Positions 1 through 8,940 of a stretch of 64,000 nt of DNA are shown here, piece after piece. Source of the DNA: a virus. The stretch lies in IMG/VR virus record IMGVR_UViG_3300038455_000036, positions 6,038 to 70,037 of that record. One strand, written 5' to 3'. Both the position numbers and the translations under genes were made by a program. Numbering within the stretch: the first letter of the stretch is position 1; each line of letters starts with the position of its first letter. Under the pieces are notes generated by a model. It was not told the DNA's origin. It did no database searches and saw nothing but the letters and a program-made list of their open reading frames with translations.

Positions 1-401
1 TTACATCAAAAGAAAACAAAATACCAGATAACACTACTGGAAAAAGACCGGATGTAAATTTTTGTAAATCTACTTCAAAGCAAGTAAAAATCTTAAAACA
101 ATATTTTGAAAATGATAAAAATGACAGTTTGAAAAATGATGATCTAGCAAATAACAAACTAGATGGAAAAAATTTATTGATTGAATTTCTAAAATTTATA
201 GACGAAAATTCTGTCAATGAAAAAATTCCTAAAGCATCTTTAATCGAAAATCATTTAGGAATCAGAAAACCTAAGCGACTTGAATTAAGTAACTGGGCAA
301 AAGAAAAAGATATATTAATTCCAATGCCTGATAATAGCTACAAGTTAAATGTCAATGTAGATATGAGTGAAATTATTGAAGAGATTGAGAAAGGGGAGTA
401 A
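1..401 (+). CDS. Hypothetical protein, probably the 3' part of a gene starting left of the window (neighbouring element)
   Basis: The ORF track gives 129-401 from a TTG. The upstream sequence looks coding, so the true start is probably outside the window. Confidence 0.4.
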   Translation, partial: TSKENKIPDNTTGKRPDVNFCKSTSKQVKILKQYFENDKNDSLKNDDLANNKLDGKNLLIEFLKFIDENSVNEKIPKASLIENHLGIRKPKRLELSNWAKEKDILIPMPDNSYKLNVNVDMSEIIEEIEKGE

Positions 402-521
402 ATAATGGATTTATTTAAAGACTTAAATGCAGTAGAACAGCTTTTAAAAGGCAATGACAAACCTGCAAAGCGTAAATTAAAAAATAAGATCAAGAAGCGA
501 ATTATAAACAAAATTTCCAAA

Positions 522-556
522 TAACCCTTCGGGGTTATTTTTTTGTGGTAAAATAA
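522..556 (+). repeat. 35-bp terminator/promoter block, identical copy at 60743-60777
   Basis: TAACCC-TTCG-GGGTTA hairpin, T7 run, then TGGTAAAAT (extended -10-like). Both copies are followed by a GAGGTG RBS and ATG. Confidence 0.85.
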
Positions 557-763
557 AAACGAGGTGAAAATTTATGGTATATCCAAATTTTCTAGGCAAT
601 AAGTGTCAAACAAGTAAAAATGTTATAATACCAAAATCAAATATAATTTGGGAAGTGAAAAATACGAAGATGAATGCATGGAAGAAACATCAACATACTT
701 CCACACATCACTTGATAGCTTGTTTGATGATATCAAGAAAAGAATAAAGGAGTTGGATTAACT

Positions 764-931
764 ATGGCGTGTAAATGTGCAATAAAAACAGATGAATGGC
801 ATGGCTGGGAATGTGATATAACTGGTGGAGCTTGTATGTATTTAATTCCCGACTCTAAACAATGTGCAAAAGATTTTAACGAGGGGCCAGATGCTGTTTT
901 TCCAAATGAGGTGCAAGATGGAAAAATATAA
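764..931 (+). CDS. Small Cys-rich phage protein (55 aa, MACKCAIKTDEWHGWEC...)
   Basis: AAAGGAG RBS, ATG at 764, TAA at 929-931; read manually because it is below the ORF-track cutoff. Confidence 0.55.
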   Translation: MACKCAIKTDEWHGWECDITGGACMYLIPDSKQCAKDFNEGPDAVFPNEVQDGKI

Positions 932-979
932 AAAGCCAAAATCATATCCAGTATACCCAAGGACTAAAAATTGTCCCAA

Positions 980-1040
980 CTTTGCCATTTAAATCAATTC
1001 TGTGTGTTTTGAGAATAAAATTTTTTATGCTAAAATAAAT
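980..1040 (+). promoter_or_regulatory. 61-bp promoter block upstream of cas12f, identical copy at 63241-63301
   Basis: 61/61 identity by eye; contains TTGAGA-N16-TAAAAT with a TG extension. Confidence 0.8.
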
Positions 1041-1051
1041 TAAAAACGGAG

Positions 1052-2311
1052 TTGAAAATTATGGAATTAACTAAAGTAATGAAATTTGAAATATATTCAG
1101 AAAATAAGGAAATATATAAATTATTGCATGAGTTAATGTTTGAGACAAGGAAAATACAGAATAAAACTATTATGGCTATGTATGAATGGAGTGATTTTAA
1201 ATTTGCTTATAAAGAAAAACATGGAGTATATCCAAGGCCTGACGAAATACTAGAGAAGAAAAATAAAAAACAATTTTACGGAACTATACAAGGTTATATT
1301 GATTATTTTGCTAGAGAAATATTTTATAAAAATATGAGTGGTAATAGCAGTAATGCAATACAATCAGCAGTAAAATTATTCAATGACAAAGAAAAAGAAA
1401 TGCAAAAATGCATATGTACTTTGCCGTATTACCGCACTAGTAATCGTATTTTTTTAAAAAAATGTAATTTTAAACTTTACAAGCATGATAATAAATATTA
1501 TATTGATATTGGTCTTTTATCGACTAAATATAAAAATGAATTAGAATTAGATTCTGGAAGAGTTATTTTTAATATGAAGATTGGCGATAACACACAAAGA
1601 ACTATTATTAAAAGGGTATTAGATGGCGAATATTCAATAGCAGAAAGTCAATTAATTTATAATAAAAGACTAAAAAAATTCTTTATATATTTGTCATACA
1701 GTTTTAATCAGAAAGTTTTTGCGAAATGTGATAATATATTAGGAATTGACTTAGGTATTAAATACCCTTTATACATAGCATTAAAAGATAGTTTAAAAAG
1801 ATGGAAGATAAACGGTGGAGAAATAGAGGCCTTTAGAAAACAGGTAGAAAAAAGAAGATATTTAATGCGAAAACAAAGATTAGTAGCGTCTAACAGGTCG
1901 AAAGGTCGAAATAAAATGTTAAAACCTGTTACTGATATAGGCGATAAAGTGGCACGTTTTAGAGATGCGATTAATCATAGATATTCTAAGTTTGTTATAG
2001 ACATTGCTAGAAAAAATAATGTAGACGAGATTGTGATGGAAAAACTAGAAGGAATAAGCAATAATAATTTATTCCTAAAAGATTGGAGTTACTACGATTT
2101 ACAGCAAAAAATAAAATATAAAGCTGAAATGGTAGGAATAAAAGTAACATTTATAAACCCTGCATATACAAGTCAAACATGTTCACATTGTGGCCATGTT
2201 GCCAAAGAAAATAGGCCAGAACAGGAAATATTTAAATGTCAATCATGTGAATTTGAAGAAAATGCGGATTATAATGCCGCTGTTAATATAGCTAATAAAA
2301 CTGTTGTTTAA
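1052..2311 (+). CDS. cas12f1: Miniature type V-F CRISPR effector, Cas12f1 (AsCas12f1/C2c10-like, TnpB-derived), 419 aa
   Basis: RuvC-I GIDLG, RuvC-II VMEKL, RuvC-III NADYNAA and CxxC..CxxC zinc finger all intact. Blocks EWSDFKFAYKEKHGVYP, GGEIEAFRKQVEKRR and WSYYDLQQKIKYKAE closely resemble AsCas12f1 as remembered. An array is adjacent. The true start may be ATG 1061. Confidence 0.88.
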   Translation: MKIMELTKVMKFEIYSENKEIYKLLHELMFETRKIQNKTIMAMYEWSDFKFAYKEKHGVYPRPDEILEKKNKKQFYGTIQGYIDYFAREIFYKNMSGNSSNAIQSAVKLFNDKEKEMQKCICTLPYYRTSNRIFLKKCNFKLYKHDNKYYIDIGLLSTKYKNELELDSGRVIFNMKIGDNTQRTIIKRVLDGEYSIAESQLIYNKRLKKFFIYLSYSFNQKVFAKCDNILGIDLGIKYPLYIALKDSLKRWKINGGEIEAFRKQVEKRRYLMRKQRLVASNRSKGRNKMLKPVTDIGDKVARFRDAINHRYSKFVIDIARKNNVDEIVMEKLEGISNNNLFLKDWSYYDLQQKIKYKAEMVGIKVTFINPAYTSQTCSHCGHVAKENRPEQEIFKCQSCEFEENADYNAAVNIANKTVV

Positions 2312-2319
2312 AAATTTAA

Positions 2320-2460
2320 TATGGGCAGACTCGGAGGCCTTAAGCTGAGATTTGTTATGAAAAATAGTTGGAAAAACTTATTAACAAAAACTCGGCAAGT
2401 CCTGATTATAGGACACCCCACGTGTGCGCGTGGTAAAGGTACGTATATTAAGAATGGCTT
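2320..2460 (+). ncRNA. Putative tracrRNA for Cas12f1
   Basis: Anti-repeat TAAAGGTACGTATATTAAG (2434-2452) matches the reverse complement of the repeat at 16/19. Hairpins at 2399-2414 and 2418-2433; long stem CTGAG/CTCGG plus TTTGTTA/TAACAAA (2345-2395). Ends are approximate. Confidence 0.75.
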
Positions 2461-2470
2461 AACGAGTAAG

Positions 2471-2745
2471 GTTTAAACTTGATATAAGTATGCTTAGAGG
2501 TATCAAGTTTTGTTTGCAGTGTTACTTGATATAAGTATGTTTAGAGGCTATTGTTATATACATAACTTCCCGTCGGTAATGATGTTTAAACTTAAAATAA
2601 GTACGTTTAGAGGTACATAGTTGTTTCATATCATCACCTATATTAATTCAGTTTAAACTTGATATAAGTATGTTTAGAGGTTACCAGTCAAAAAAAGAAA
2701 ATGGGAAAAAGTCTTGTTTAAACTTGATATAAGTACGTTTAGATG
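2471..2745 (+). CRISPR. Mini CRISPR array: five 30-nt repeats (consensus GTTTAAACTTGATATAAGTAYGTTTAGAGG) and four spacers (17, 36, 37, 35 nt)
   Basis: Repeats at 2471-2500, 2518-2547 (degenerate 5' end), 2584-2613, 2651-2680 and 2716-2745; possible decayed sixth repeat at 2767-2790. Confidence 0.92.
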
Positions 2746-2800
2746 GTAAAGCTCTTAATGTGTGTTGTTTAATCTTCAAAACGATTGAGGAAGTGTATTT

Positions 2801-3217
2801 ATGGGATTTAAAAAAATAAATGCCCAATATGAAATCGAAAAAAGAATAAAAGATGATGAAGAATTAAAAGAATGCTTAAGAGGAGGTTTTATGAGCAAAG
2901 AAGATATAAACATAAGTTTATGCAATATAATTTCCAAACTTGACAACATTGATACTCAACAAATAGAGATATTTGGACGATTAGATAAAATTGACATAAA
3001 ATTATACGAAATGAATTCAAAGCTAGATAAATTTGACGCAATATTAAGTCATGTTTTCGTAAAGAAAAAAGCAGAGGAAATAATATCGACTGATGATGAT
3101 AAAAATAATAAAATAGCACAATTGACTAAGGACATGGAAGATTTACAGAAGCAAGCTGATGGAATTATGTCTAAAAAAGTTAAGCTTAGAGAAGAATTGA
3201 ATAAATTATTGAAGTGA
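2801..3217 (+). CDS. Hypothetical coiled-coil protein
   Basis: 138-aa ORF with GAGG RBS and heptad pattern (LDKIDIKLYEMNSKLDKF). Confidence 0.6.
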   Translation: MGFKKINAQYEIEKRIKDDEELKECLRGGFMSKEDINISLCNIISKLDNIDTQQIEIFGRLDKIDIKLYEMNSKLDKFDAILSHVFVKKKAEEIISTDDDKNNKIAQLTKDMEDLQKQADGIMSKKVKLREELNKLLK

Positions 3218-3229
3218 AGTGATGTATTT

Positions 3230-3454
3230 ATGGGTACGTGGAAAGAATTAAAAAATTCAATTGACTCTATTTCTGACGAAGAAAAGAAGGAACTTGAAAT
3301 GATGGCTGATGAAATGAATAATAAATTAGGAGTTCCTTGGGAAGATGTAAAAAATGAATTATTAAAAGATTCTGAAACCTATAACGAATATAAAAAATTA
3401 GAACCTGAATATGGGATTATAAGAAAAATTATAAAGGCTAGAATATTTAAATAA
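3230..3454 (+). CDS. Small protein resembling HigA-type antitoxin N-termini, lacking the HTH
   Basis: VPWEDVKNELLKD..EYKKLEPEY.II..IIKARI is typical of the region preceding the XRE HTH in HigA-like antitoxins; the ORF stops there. Confidence 0.5.
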   Translation: MGTWKELKNSIDSISDEEKKELEMMADEMNNKLGVPWEDVKNELLKDSETYNEYKKLEPEYGIIRKIIKARIFK

Positions 3455-3478
3455 ATTTTAAAAAAATATAGTTTTATT

Positions 3479-3690
3479 TTTTGCATAAATTTTGCATAAG
3501 AAAACAGTGCAAAATTGTATTAAGTAGAATAAAATCACACCGTCAGGCGCATTGATATTACTGCAATGTGCCTATTTATCGTGTTCTATTCTGGTAAAAT
3601 ATAGCGAATTTCTAATCCGTTGGCCGGGGGTTCGAATCCCTTCAGGTACGCTAGATACAAGAAAAATCCGTTGAAAATTTGCATAAAAAT
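3479..3690 (+). repeat. Attachment-site direct repeat, left copy (attP-like junction)
   Basis: 212 bp matching 63789-64000 with 6 mismatches, all left of the core. TTGCATAA direct repeats (arm-type site candidates) lie on both sides of the core. Confidence 0.93.
3608..3650 (+). pseudogene. 3' half of tRNA-Arg(TCT), serving as the att core
   Basis: Anticodon loop TTTCTAA, TCCGT, T-arm GGGGG-TTCGAAT-CCCTT and acceptor strand CAGGTACG. No matching 5' acceptor strand or D-arm upstream. Confidence 0.85.
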
Positions 3691-3844
3691 TGCATACTAA
3701 AATTCAACAAACTTGATAAAAGTTACAGTATTTGATTAGCAGGACTAAATAAATTTTGTGCATAATCTGCATAAAGCAAAAATATTTAGTCCGTTGATTT
3801 GGATAAATATAACAAATAATTAAGTGAGGTAAAAGTCGATTTTG

Positions 3845-4200
3845 AAAATTGAATAATTATATATCTCTCGTTCGAAATTTGGTATCATGTACATGCCATT
3901 TTAATGATTTTCTTATAAATTTACTACTAAGTATAAAATACCTTTCTCGTTCGATAGAAGGCACGAATTAGACAAGTGATTTATATTGGCAAATTTTAGT
4001 TTAATTAAAAGATGTCAATTTTGTGTTTTGTTTTGTCTGATTAAAAATTGCTAAAATTATATTACTCTCGTTCGCAAAAATATATAATATTCGCACGAAA
4101 ATAAAATTTTCTTATAAATTTACCACTACATAAAAAATATGTCTCTCGTTTGCAAAAAGGCACTAATTAGAGAAGTAATATATATTAACAAAATATGTAT
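3845..4200. repeat. Degenerate ~199-bp tandem duplication with four TCTCGTTYG boxes
   Basis: TTTTCTTATAAATTTACYACTA...AAGGCACNAATTAGANAAGT occurs at about 3908-3987 and 4107-4186; CTCGTT boxes near 3867, 3947, 4067 and 4145. Confidence 0.7.
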
Positions 4201-4224
4201 TATATAAATTTTGCATATGTAAAG

Positions 4225-5331
4225 TTAATCTATGCTAAAATGCTTTATTTGCTCAATTCCAATTCCTTTTAAAGCCTTTTCCTGCAAGTCAGGTATCATA
4301 TGACTATAGGTATCAAGCGTTATTTTTACAGATGCATGACCTAGTCGTTCGCTTACAACTTTAGGATGTATATTGTTTCTCAATAACCACGTAGCGTGAT
4401 AATGTCTAAGAGACTTAAAAGAATAATTCTCATTCATCTCTAATTTTCGTATAATCTTTTTAAAAGTCTTGCTGATATTTTCCCCCTGCAATGGTGACCC
4501 ATCTTCATGCACCAATAAAAAATTATTTTCCTGCCAATTCAATCTATTTTTCATTTTATTTATTTGTCTTTGCTTCAAATACTCAATTATAGGCTTTTCA
4601 GTACCTTCTATCAATGGTATTTGTCTCTTACTTGTACGTGTTTTTAAATCGTCTAACTTGTAAACACCGTCTACACGCTGATACTGCATTCTTAAATTCA
4701 ATCTTTTATTCTTAATATCAAAATCCTCAACTTGTAACCCTGCTATTTCGCTCAATCTCATTCCGGTAATACTGCAAATATAAATCGCAATATAGCAAGA
4801 ATAATCTTTAGAAAGTTTTAATATCTCTCTCAATTCGTCGTCGCTTGGGATATATATTTCTGTATATGCTTTACTTGGTGGTGTAACAGCATAGCATGGG
4901 TTATACTTCAAATATTCATGCAATACAGCATGTTTAAAAGCTTCGCTAATTATACGATGTATTTGTAATACAGTAGTTGGAGATAATTCACCGCTACTAA
5001 CCTTGTCTATATAAAAACTGCTTATGTGTGCAGGTTTTAATTTAGACAATTTATGGTGTCCTAATTTTGGTATAACATGTAAATCTAATAATTCAAAATA
5101 TCTTTGCCGAGTACGTTCCGCAACAGATATATTAACGTACTCGTCATACCATTTAACAAGATATTCCTTTACAGTTATATCTCTATCAACAGCATGTAAA
5201 CTTTTTTCTTTGTATTCAATAGCCGCCGCTTCTGCTTCTTTTCTGCTTTTAAAACCGCTCAAATATACTTGATTACCGTCTTCATCATAAAATCTTATTG
5301 CTATTCCTTTTTTTAATTTTATAATCTGCAT
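4225..5331 (-). CDS. int: Phage tyrosine integrase
   Basis: TGMRLSEI, KSLRHYHAT, RLGHAS..TLDTYSH catalytic motifs; SAM-like N-terminal domain; adjacent to att. Confidence 0.95.
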   Translation of the reverse strand: MQIIKLKKGIAIRFYDEDGNQVYLSGFKSRKEAEAAAIEYKEKSLHAVDRDITVKEYLVKWYDEYVNISVAERTRQRYFELLDLHVIPKLGHHKLSKLKPAHISSFYIDKVSSGELSPTTVLQIHRIISEAFKHAVLHEYLKYNPCYAVTPPSKAYTEIYIPSDDELREILKLSKDYSCYIAIYICSITGMRLSEIAGLQVEDFDIKNKRLNLRMQYQRVDGVYKLDDLKTRTSKRQIPLIEGTEKPIIEYLKQRQINKMKNRLNWQENNFLLVHEDGSPLQGENISKTFKKIIRKLEMNENYSFKSLRHYHATWLLRNNIHPKVVSERLGHASVKITLDTYSHMIPDLQEKALKGIGIEQIKHFSID

Positions 5332-5736
5332 TTATTTCCCTCATTTCGTTATTAATGTATTAAATTTGTATATTTTTATAATAAAACGTCATGTTTTAGT
5401 AATAAAAATATTGTGTTTTAATGCATTTATTGTCCATTTAGACCATTATTTTTACCGTTCAAGTAGAGATTTTTACCATTCATCACTAAATTGTGTAATT
5501 GTCGATAAAAATATAAATTTAATATAAAATGCTAAATATTATTAGTATAATTAATATCTAACGATATTGGAGGTGTAATTATGAGTATATTTGCCAAAGA
5601 TTTAAAATTAATTAATGAAAATTTAAGCAATTTTGATGATACTTGTAAGAAAATATCAAAAATAATATCATTTATAATAATTGATAAAAATAAATGTTTT
5701 AATAATAAAAATTTTGAAAGTGACAAATCAGAAGAT

Positions 5737-6060
5737 CTATTGTTGTTGAAGTTTTCTGATTAATTCTTTAATCAGATCTAAGTCATCAACGTTTATATCT
5801 TTTAGTTTGCTTTTATCTATAGCTACATAATGCATAGTTTCTTTACTATCTGATTTTGACGTTAAATAATCTAAAGTACATTCGAATATATCAGATAATA
5901 CAATTAACTTTTCAATATCTGGTTCACGTGTTCCGTTTTCGTACCCAGATATAGCATTTCTAGTTATACCTAAAGCTTTGCCCAACTCTTCTTGTGTCAT
6001 TTTTTTCTCTTCTCTTAATTGTTTCAATCTTTTTCCAAATAACTTTCTATCAAAACTCAT
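5737..6060 (-). CDS. XRE-family HTH prophage repressor (CI-like)
   Basis: LKQLREEKKMTQEELGKALGITRNAISGYENG; divergent from the Cro-like gene. Confidence 0.9.
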   Translation of the reverse strand: MSFDRKLFGKRLKQLREEKKMTQEELGKALGITRNAISGYENGTREPDIEKLIVLSDIFECTLDYLTSKSDSKETMHYVAIDKSKLKDINVDDLDLIKELIRKLQQQ

Positions 6061-6162
6061 AACATGTAATCCTCCGAAAATATATCAGCTTAATTGTACT
6101 ATAATTAATATTTTTTTTGCACGATTGTAAACAAAAAGTTTTTTAAATTTTTCAAAAAGTTA

Positions 6163-6217
6163 TTGACTGTTAACAAAACGTGGCGTATAATAAAAATATA
6201 CAGTAACGAAAAGTTAC
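6163..6217 (+). promoter_or_regulatory. Rightward lytic promoter and operator
   Basis: TTGACT-N17-TATAAT (6163-6191); palindrome GTAAC-N5-GTTAC (6203-6217). Confidence 0.75.
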
Positions 6218-6249
6218 TAAAACTAATTTAACTTTCAAGGGGTGATATT

Positions 6250-6465
6250 ATGAATTATACTACTAGAATAAAGACTTTTATGGCATTAAACAAAATAGAT
6301 CAAGATGAAATGGCAAAAAAGTTGGGTATATCTAGAACCGCATTTAATCAAAAACTCAATAGGAATGGTTCAAAATTATTCAATATTGACGAAGCAATAA
6401 GGATATCAGAGATTCTAAACGTTACATTAGACCAAATTTTTTTGCTTGAGAAGGTAACGATTTGA
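6250..6465 (+). CDS. Cro-like HTH regulator
   Basis: QDEMAKKLGISRTAFNQKLN; position in the genetic switch. Confidence 0.85.
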   Translation: MNYTTRIKTFMALNKIDQDEMAKKLGISRTAFNQKLNRNGSKLFNIDEAIRISEILNVTLDQIFLLEKVTI

Positions 6466-6485
6466 TACTATTGGAGGGTAACTAA

Positions 6486-6743
6486 GTGAGTACAGAATTT
6501 TTAGACGCAGCTCAAGCAGCTGAAATGTTAAATCTAAAAAATAAAAGAGCTGTATTAAATGCCTGGAACAGTGGACAAATACCAGGAACTAAGATTAACA
6601 ATAGATACATTGTATCTAGAAAACAGCTAATAGAACACATCGAAAAAATATCGCTAAACAATTATAGAGAGCCTATTAATTATGGGAACTCAAATTACTA
6701 CATGAGAGTAGCAAAACGGAAGAAGGTTAAGCGAATGGGATAG
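6486..6743 (+). CDS. Excisionase-like HTH_17 protein
   Basis: FLDAAQAAEML...GQIPGTKINNRYIVSR pattern. Confidence 0.75.
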   Translation: MSTEFLDAAQAAEMLNLKNKRAVLNAWNSGQIPGTKINNRYIVSRKQLIEHIEKISLNNYREPINYGNSNYYMRVAKRKKVKRMG

Positions 6744-6945
6744 CTAAATGTAAAAAACTCCGTTCCCTCAAACGAAGTTTTTAGCAATAAATATTAAAAT
6801 AATTTGATTTGAATTTTAGAACAACGACCAAACATCTTTATTAACTACTTTTATGGAACGACTAGAACTGCAACTCAATCTAATCATACTATATTTTTCT
6901 ATTAATTTCAAGATTGAGTTTAAAATTTAATATAAAAATTCGGAG

Positions 6946-7194
6946 GTGATTACATTGAGTAATAGACTTAATGTTAGTTACATCAAATTTATAGTTAGAA
7001 ATGTTACTGCAACACTTAGTCACGAGGGATTAAAGCCCAGTGAATCAGCAGTAACAATAAATAGACAATTTCTTGAGGGGAAGATTACGAGTAAAGAAGC
7101 AATAGACAAAATAAAAATGATTTACATTGGGGGTAAAAGTAATGGCAGACCAAATAAAAAAAATAGAATACAAGTATTTTCAAGTACCAAATGA
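6946..7194 (+). CDS. VbhA-family antitoxin-like protein (no Fic partner seen)
   Basis: NVTATLSHEGLKPS...FLEGKITSKEAI contains the (S/T)xxxE(G/N) inhibitory motif. Confidence 0.7.
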   Translation: MITLSNRLNVSYIKFIVRNVTATLSHEGLKPSESAVTINRQFLEGKITSKEAIDKIKMIYIGGKSNGRPNKKNRIQVFSSTK

Positions 7195-8164
7195 CATATT
7201 TGAACTAAGTTTAAAACCTATTGAAATAGCTGTTTATATGTATCTTGTACGATGTGGAAATAATTCAACTGCATTTCCTAGCTATTCAACAATTGGTAAA
7301 AAAGTAAGTATATCTAGGGATTGTGCCATTAATACAGTTAAAAAATTAATAGAAAAAAAACTAGTAATCAAACATGAAAGAACAAAGGATATTAAGAAAA
7401 AGAAGGATCAAAAAATTGTTGCTATTCATGATAGTAATATCTATGAGGTCGTTGTAAATCTTGATAGTTTAGTCGTTGAGAACGACCAGGGTGGTAATCC
7501 TCAACGACTAGGGGTAGTCGTTGAGAACGACCAGGGTGGTAATCCTCAACGACTAGGGGTAGTCGTTGAGAACGACCAGGGTGGTAATCCTCAACGACTA
7601 GGGGTAGTCGTTGAGAACGACCCTAAGAATAACTATATTAAAAAGAACTATGAAGAAGAACTAAAAGAAGAAGAACTATTTAAGAATATTTCTTCTTCGC
7701 AACAAAAAAATGAACCTGATAATCAACAATCTTTTTCTGTTGAATCAAAAGATTCAACGAGCAAAGAAGATAAGCCCAAGAAACCAAAGAAAGTTACTAT
7801 TTTTAGTCCTGAATCAGTTGAGTTAAGAGCAAGTAAATATTTATTTGAGAAAATGTGTGAGAATAATCCCAATGCAAAAGTTCCGGATTTCCAAAAGTGG
7901 GCAGATTATATAAGGCTTATGATTGAGCAAGATAAAAGAGATCCAAAATTAATTGCAAAAGTAATTGAGTTTAGTCAAAAAGATGATTTCTGGAAAGCAA
8001 ATATTTTAAGTACTAAGAAACTGAGAGAAAAATATGAACAACTTTATTTAAAAATGAATAGTCAGGTACCACAAAATAATAAAAAGTCTGAATTAGACAA
8101 AATGAAAAATGTTTATGAAATGGCAAAAAAGCTAGATGAAGAAAGAAAAAGGAGGAATATGTAA
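7127..8164 (+). CDS. Phage replication initiator (N-terminal wHTH, internal iterons)
   Basis: AFPSYSTIGKKVSISR HTH; C-terminal DDFWKANILSTKKLREKY. Likely start ATG 7142. Confidence 0.88.
   Translation: MGVKVMADQIKKIEYKYFQVPNDIFELSLKPIEIAVYMYLVRCGNNSTAFPSYSTIGKKVSISRDCAINTVKKLIEKKLVIKHERTKDIKKKKDQKIVAIHDSNIYEVVVNLDSLVVENDQGGNPQRLGVVVENDQGGNPQRLGVVVENDQGGNPQRLGVVVENDPKNNYIKKNYEEELKEEELFKNISSSQQKNEPDNQQSFSVESKDSTSKEDKPKKPKKVTIFSPESVELRASKYLFEKMCENNPNAKVPDFQKWADYIRLMIEQDKRDPKLIAKVIEFSQKDDFWKANILSTKKLREKYEQLYLKMNSQVPQNNKKSELDKMKNVYEMAKKLDEERKRRNM
7470..7622. repeat. Replication-origin iterons: 3.4 x 45-bp perfect tandem repeat inside the initiator gene
   Basis: TAGTCGTTGAGAACGACCAGGGTGGTAATCCTCAACGACTAGGGG at 7470, 7515 and 7560, partial at 7605. 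Each unit contains the inverted repeat TAGTCGTTGAG/CTCAACGACTA. Confidence 0.9.
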
Positions 8165-8846
8165 TATGGATTATGCAGAAGCGAGCTTATTTTTAGCTCA
8201 AATGAAATCAATATACCCAAAATATTATTCAGATAGAACAGAAGAAGAATTACTTGCCGATTCTGTTACTTGGGGTGATTTGCTTTATGATATGGCATAT
8301 GACGAGGCAAAAGATTATTTATTTAGATATGCAAGTATAAATAAATGGCCGCCAAGTCCTGCTGATATAAGAGAAGAAAAAACGAAAATATCAAACAATT
8401 TACTTTCTGATGGCGAAGCCTGGCTAATGGCTAAAAGATTAACTAGAGCAAATTGGCGAGGACCTGGTGTAAAAGTTGAAATGAAATATTTAGATGCTGA
8501 TGAATTAACAATAAAAGCATGGAGAATATTAGGAATGGAAAGTATAGCAATGTCAGAAAATGAAGATGTAACTAGAAGTAACTTTTTAAATATCTATAGG
8601 ACTATGGAAAAAAGAGAAAGAGAGGAATTATCCATACCTAAAGAATTGAGAATAGAAGCAATGAAACAAAAATATTTATCCGAACAGCAAGAAATTAAAT
8701 TATTAGAAGAAAAAGAGAAACAAAAATTATTACAAGATACATTAATTAAGGCAAGCGAAGAAATAAGTAAATGTAATATAAGTGATGACGAGAAAATAGA
8801 AATACTAAAGAATTTTAAAACAAAATTAAAAGCCGGTATTCGCTAA
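8136..8846 (+). CDS. Replicative helicase loader/inhibitor (G39P-like)
   Basis: Follows the initiator; W.DLL.D..Y...KWPPSPADIRE motif. Likely start ATG 8166. Confidence 0.7.
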   Translation: MKKEKGGICNMDYAEASLFLAQMKSIYPKYYSDRTEEELLADSVTWGDLLYDMAYDEAKDYLFRYASINKWPPSPADIREEKTKISNNLLSDGEAWLMAKRLTRANWRGPGVKVEMKYLDADELTIKAWRILGMESIAMSENEDVTRSNFLNIYRTMEKREREELSIPKELRIEAMKQKYLSEQQEIKLLEEKEKQKLLQDTLIKASEEISKCNISDDEKIEILKNFKTKLKAGIR

Positions 8847-8940
8847 AGTAACCGGCAACTAAAATATTTTGAAATTTTAAGTTACACACATTATAGCACA
8901 AAAAGTGCTTGGTGTGTAGGAAAATATTGGAGGATAACAC

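Noticed and set aside
1052-2311. IS200/IS605 TnpB transposon or nuclease-dead TldR/dCas12f regulator
   Set aside because: No TnpA is adjacent, an array and anti-repeat are present, and all three RuvC acidic residues are intact.
3560-3655. Intact tRNA-Arg gene at either att copy
   Set aside because: The 5' acceptor strand and D-arm are absent; only the 3' half is present.
7470-7622. 45-bp repeats as a CRISPR array
   Set aside because: Perfect tandem units without spacers, in frame within the replication initiator; these are iterons.
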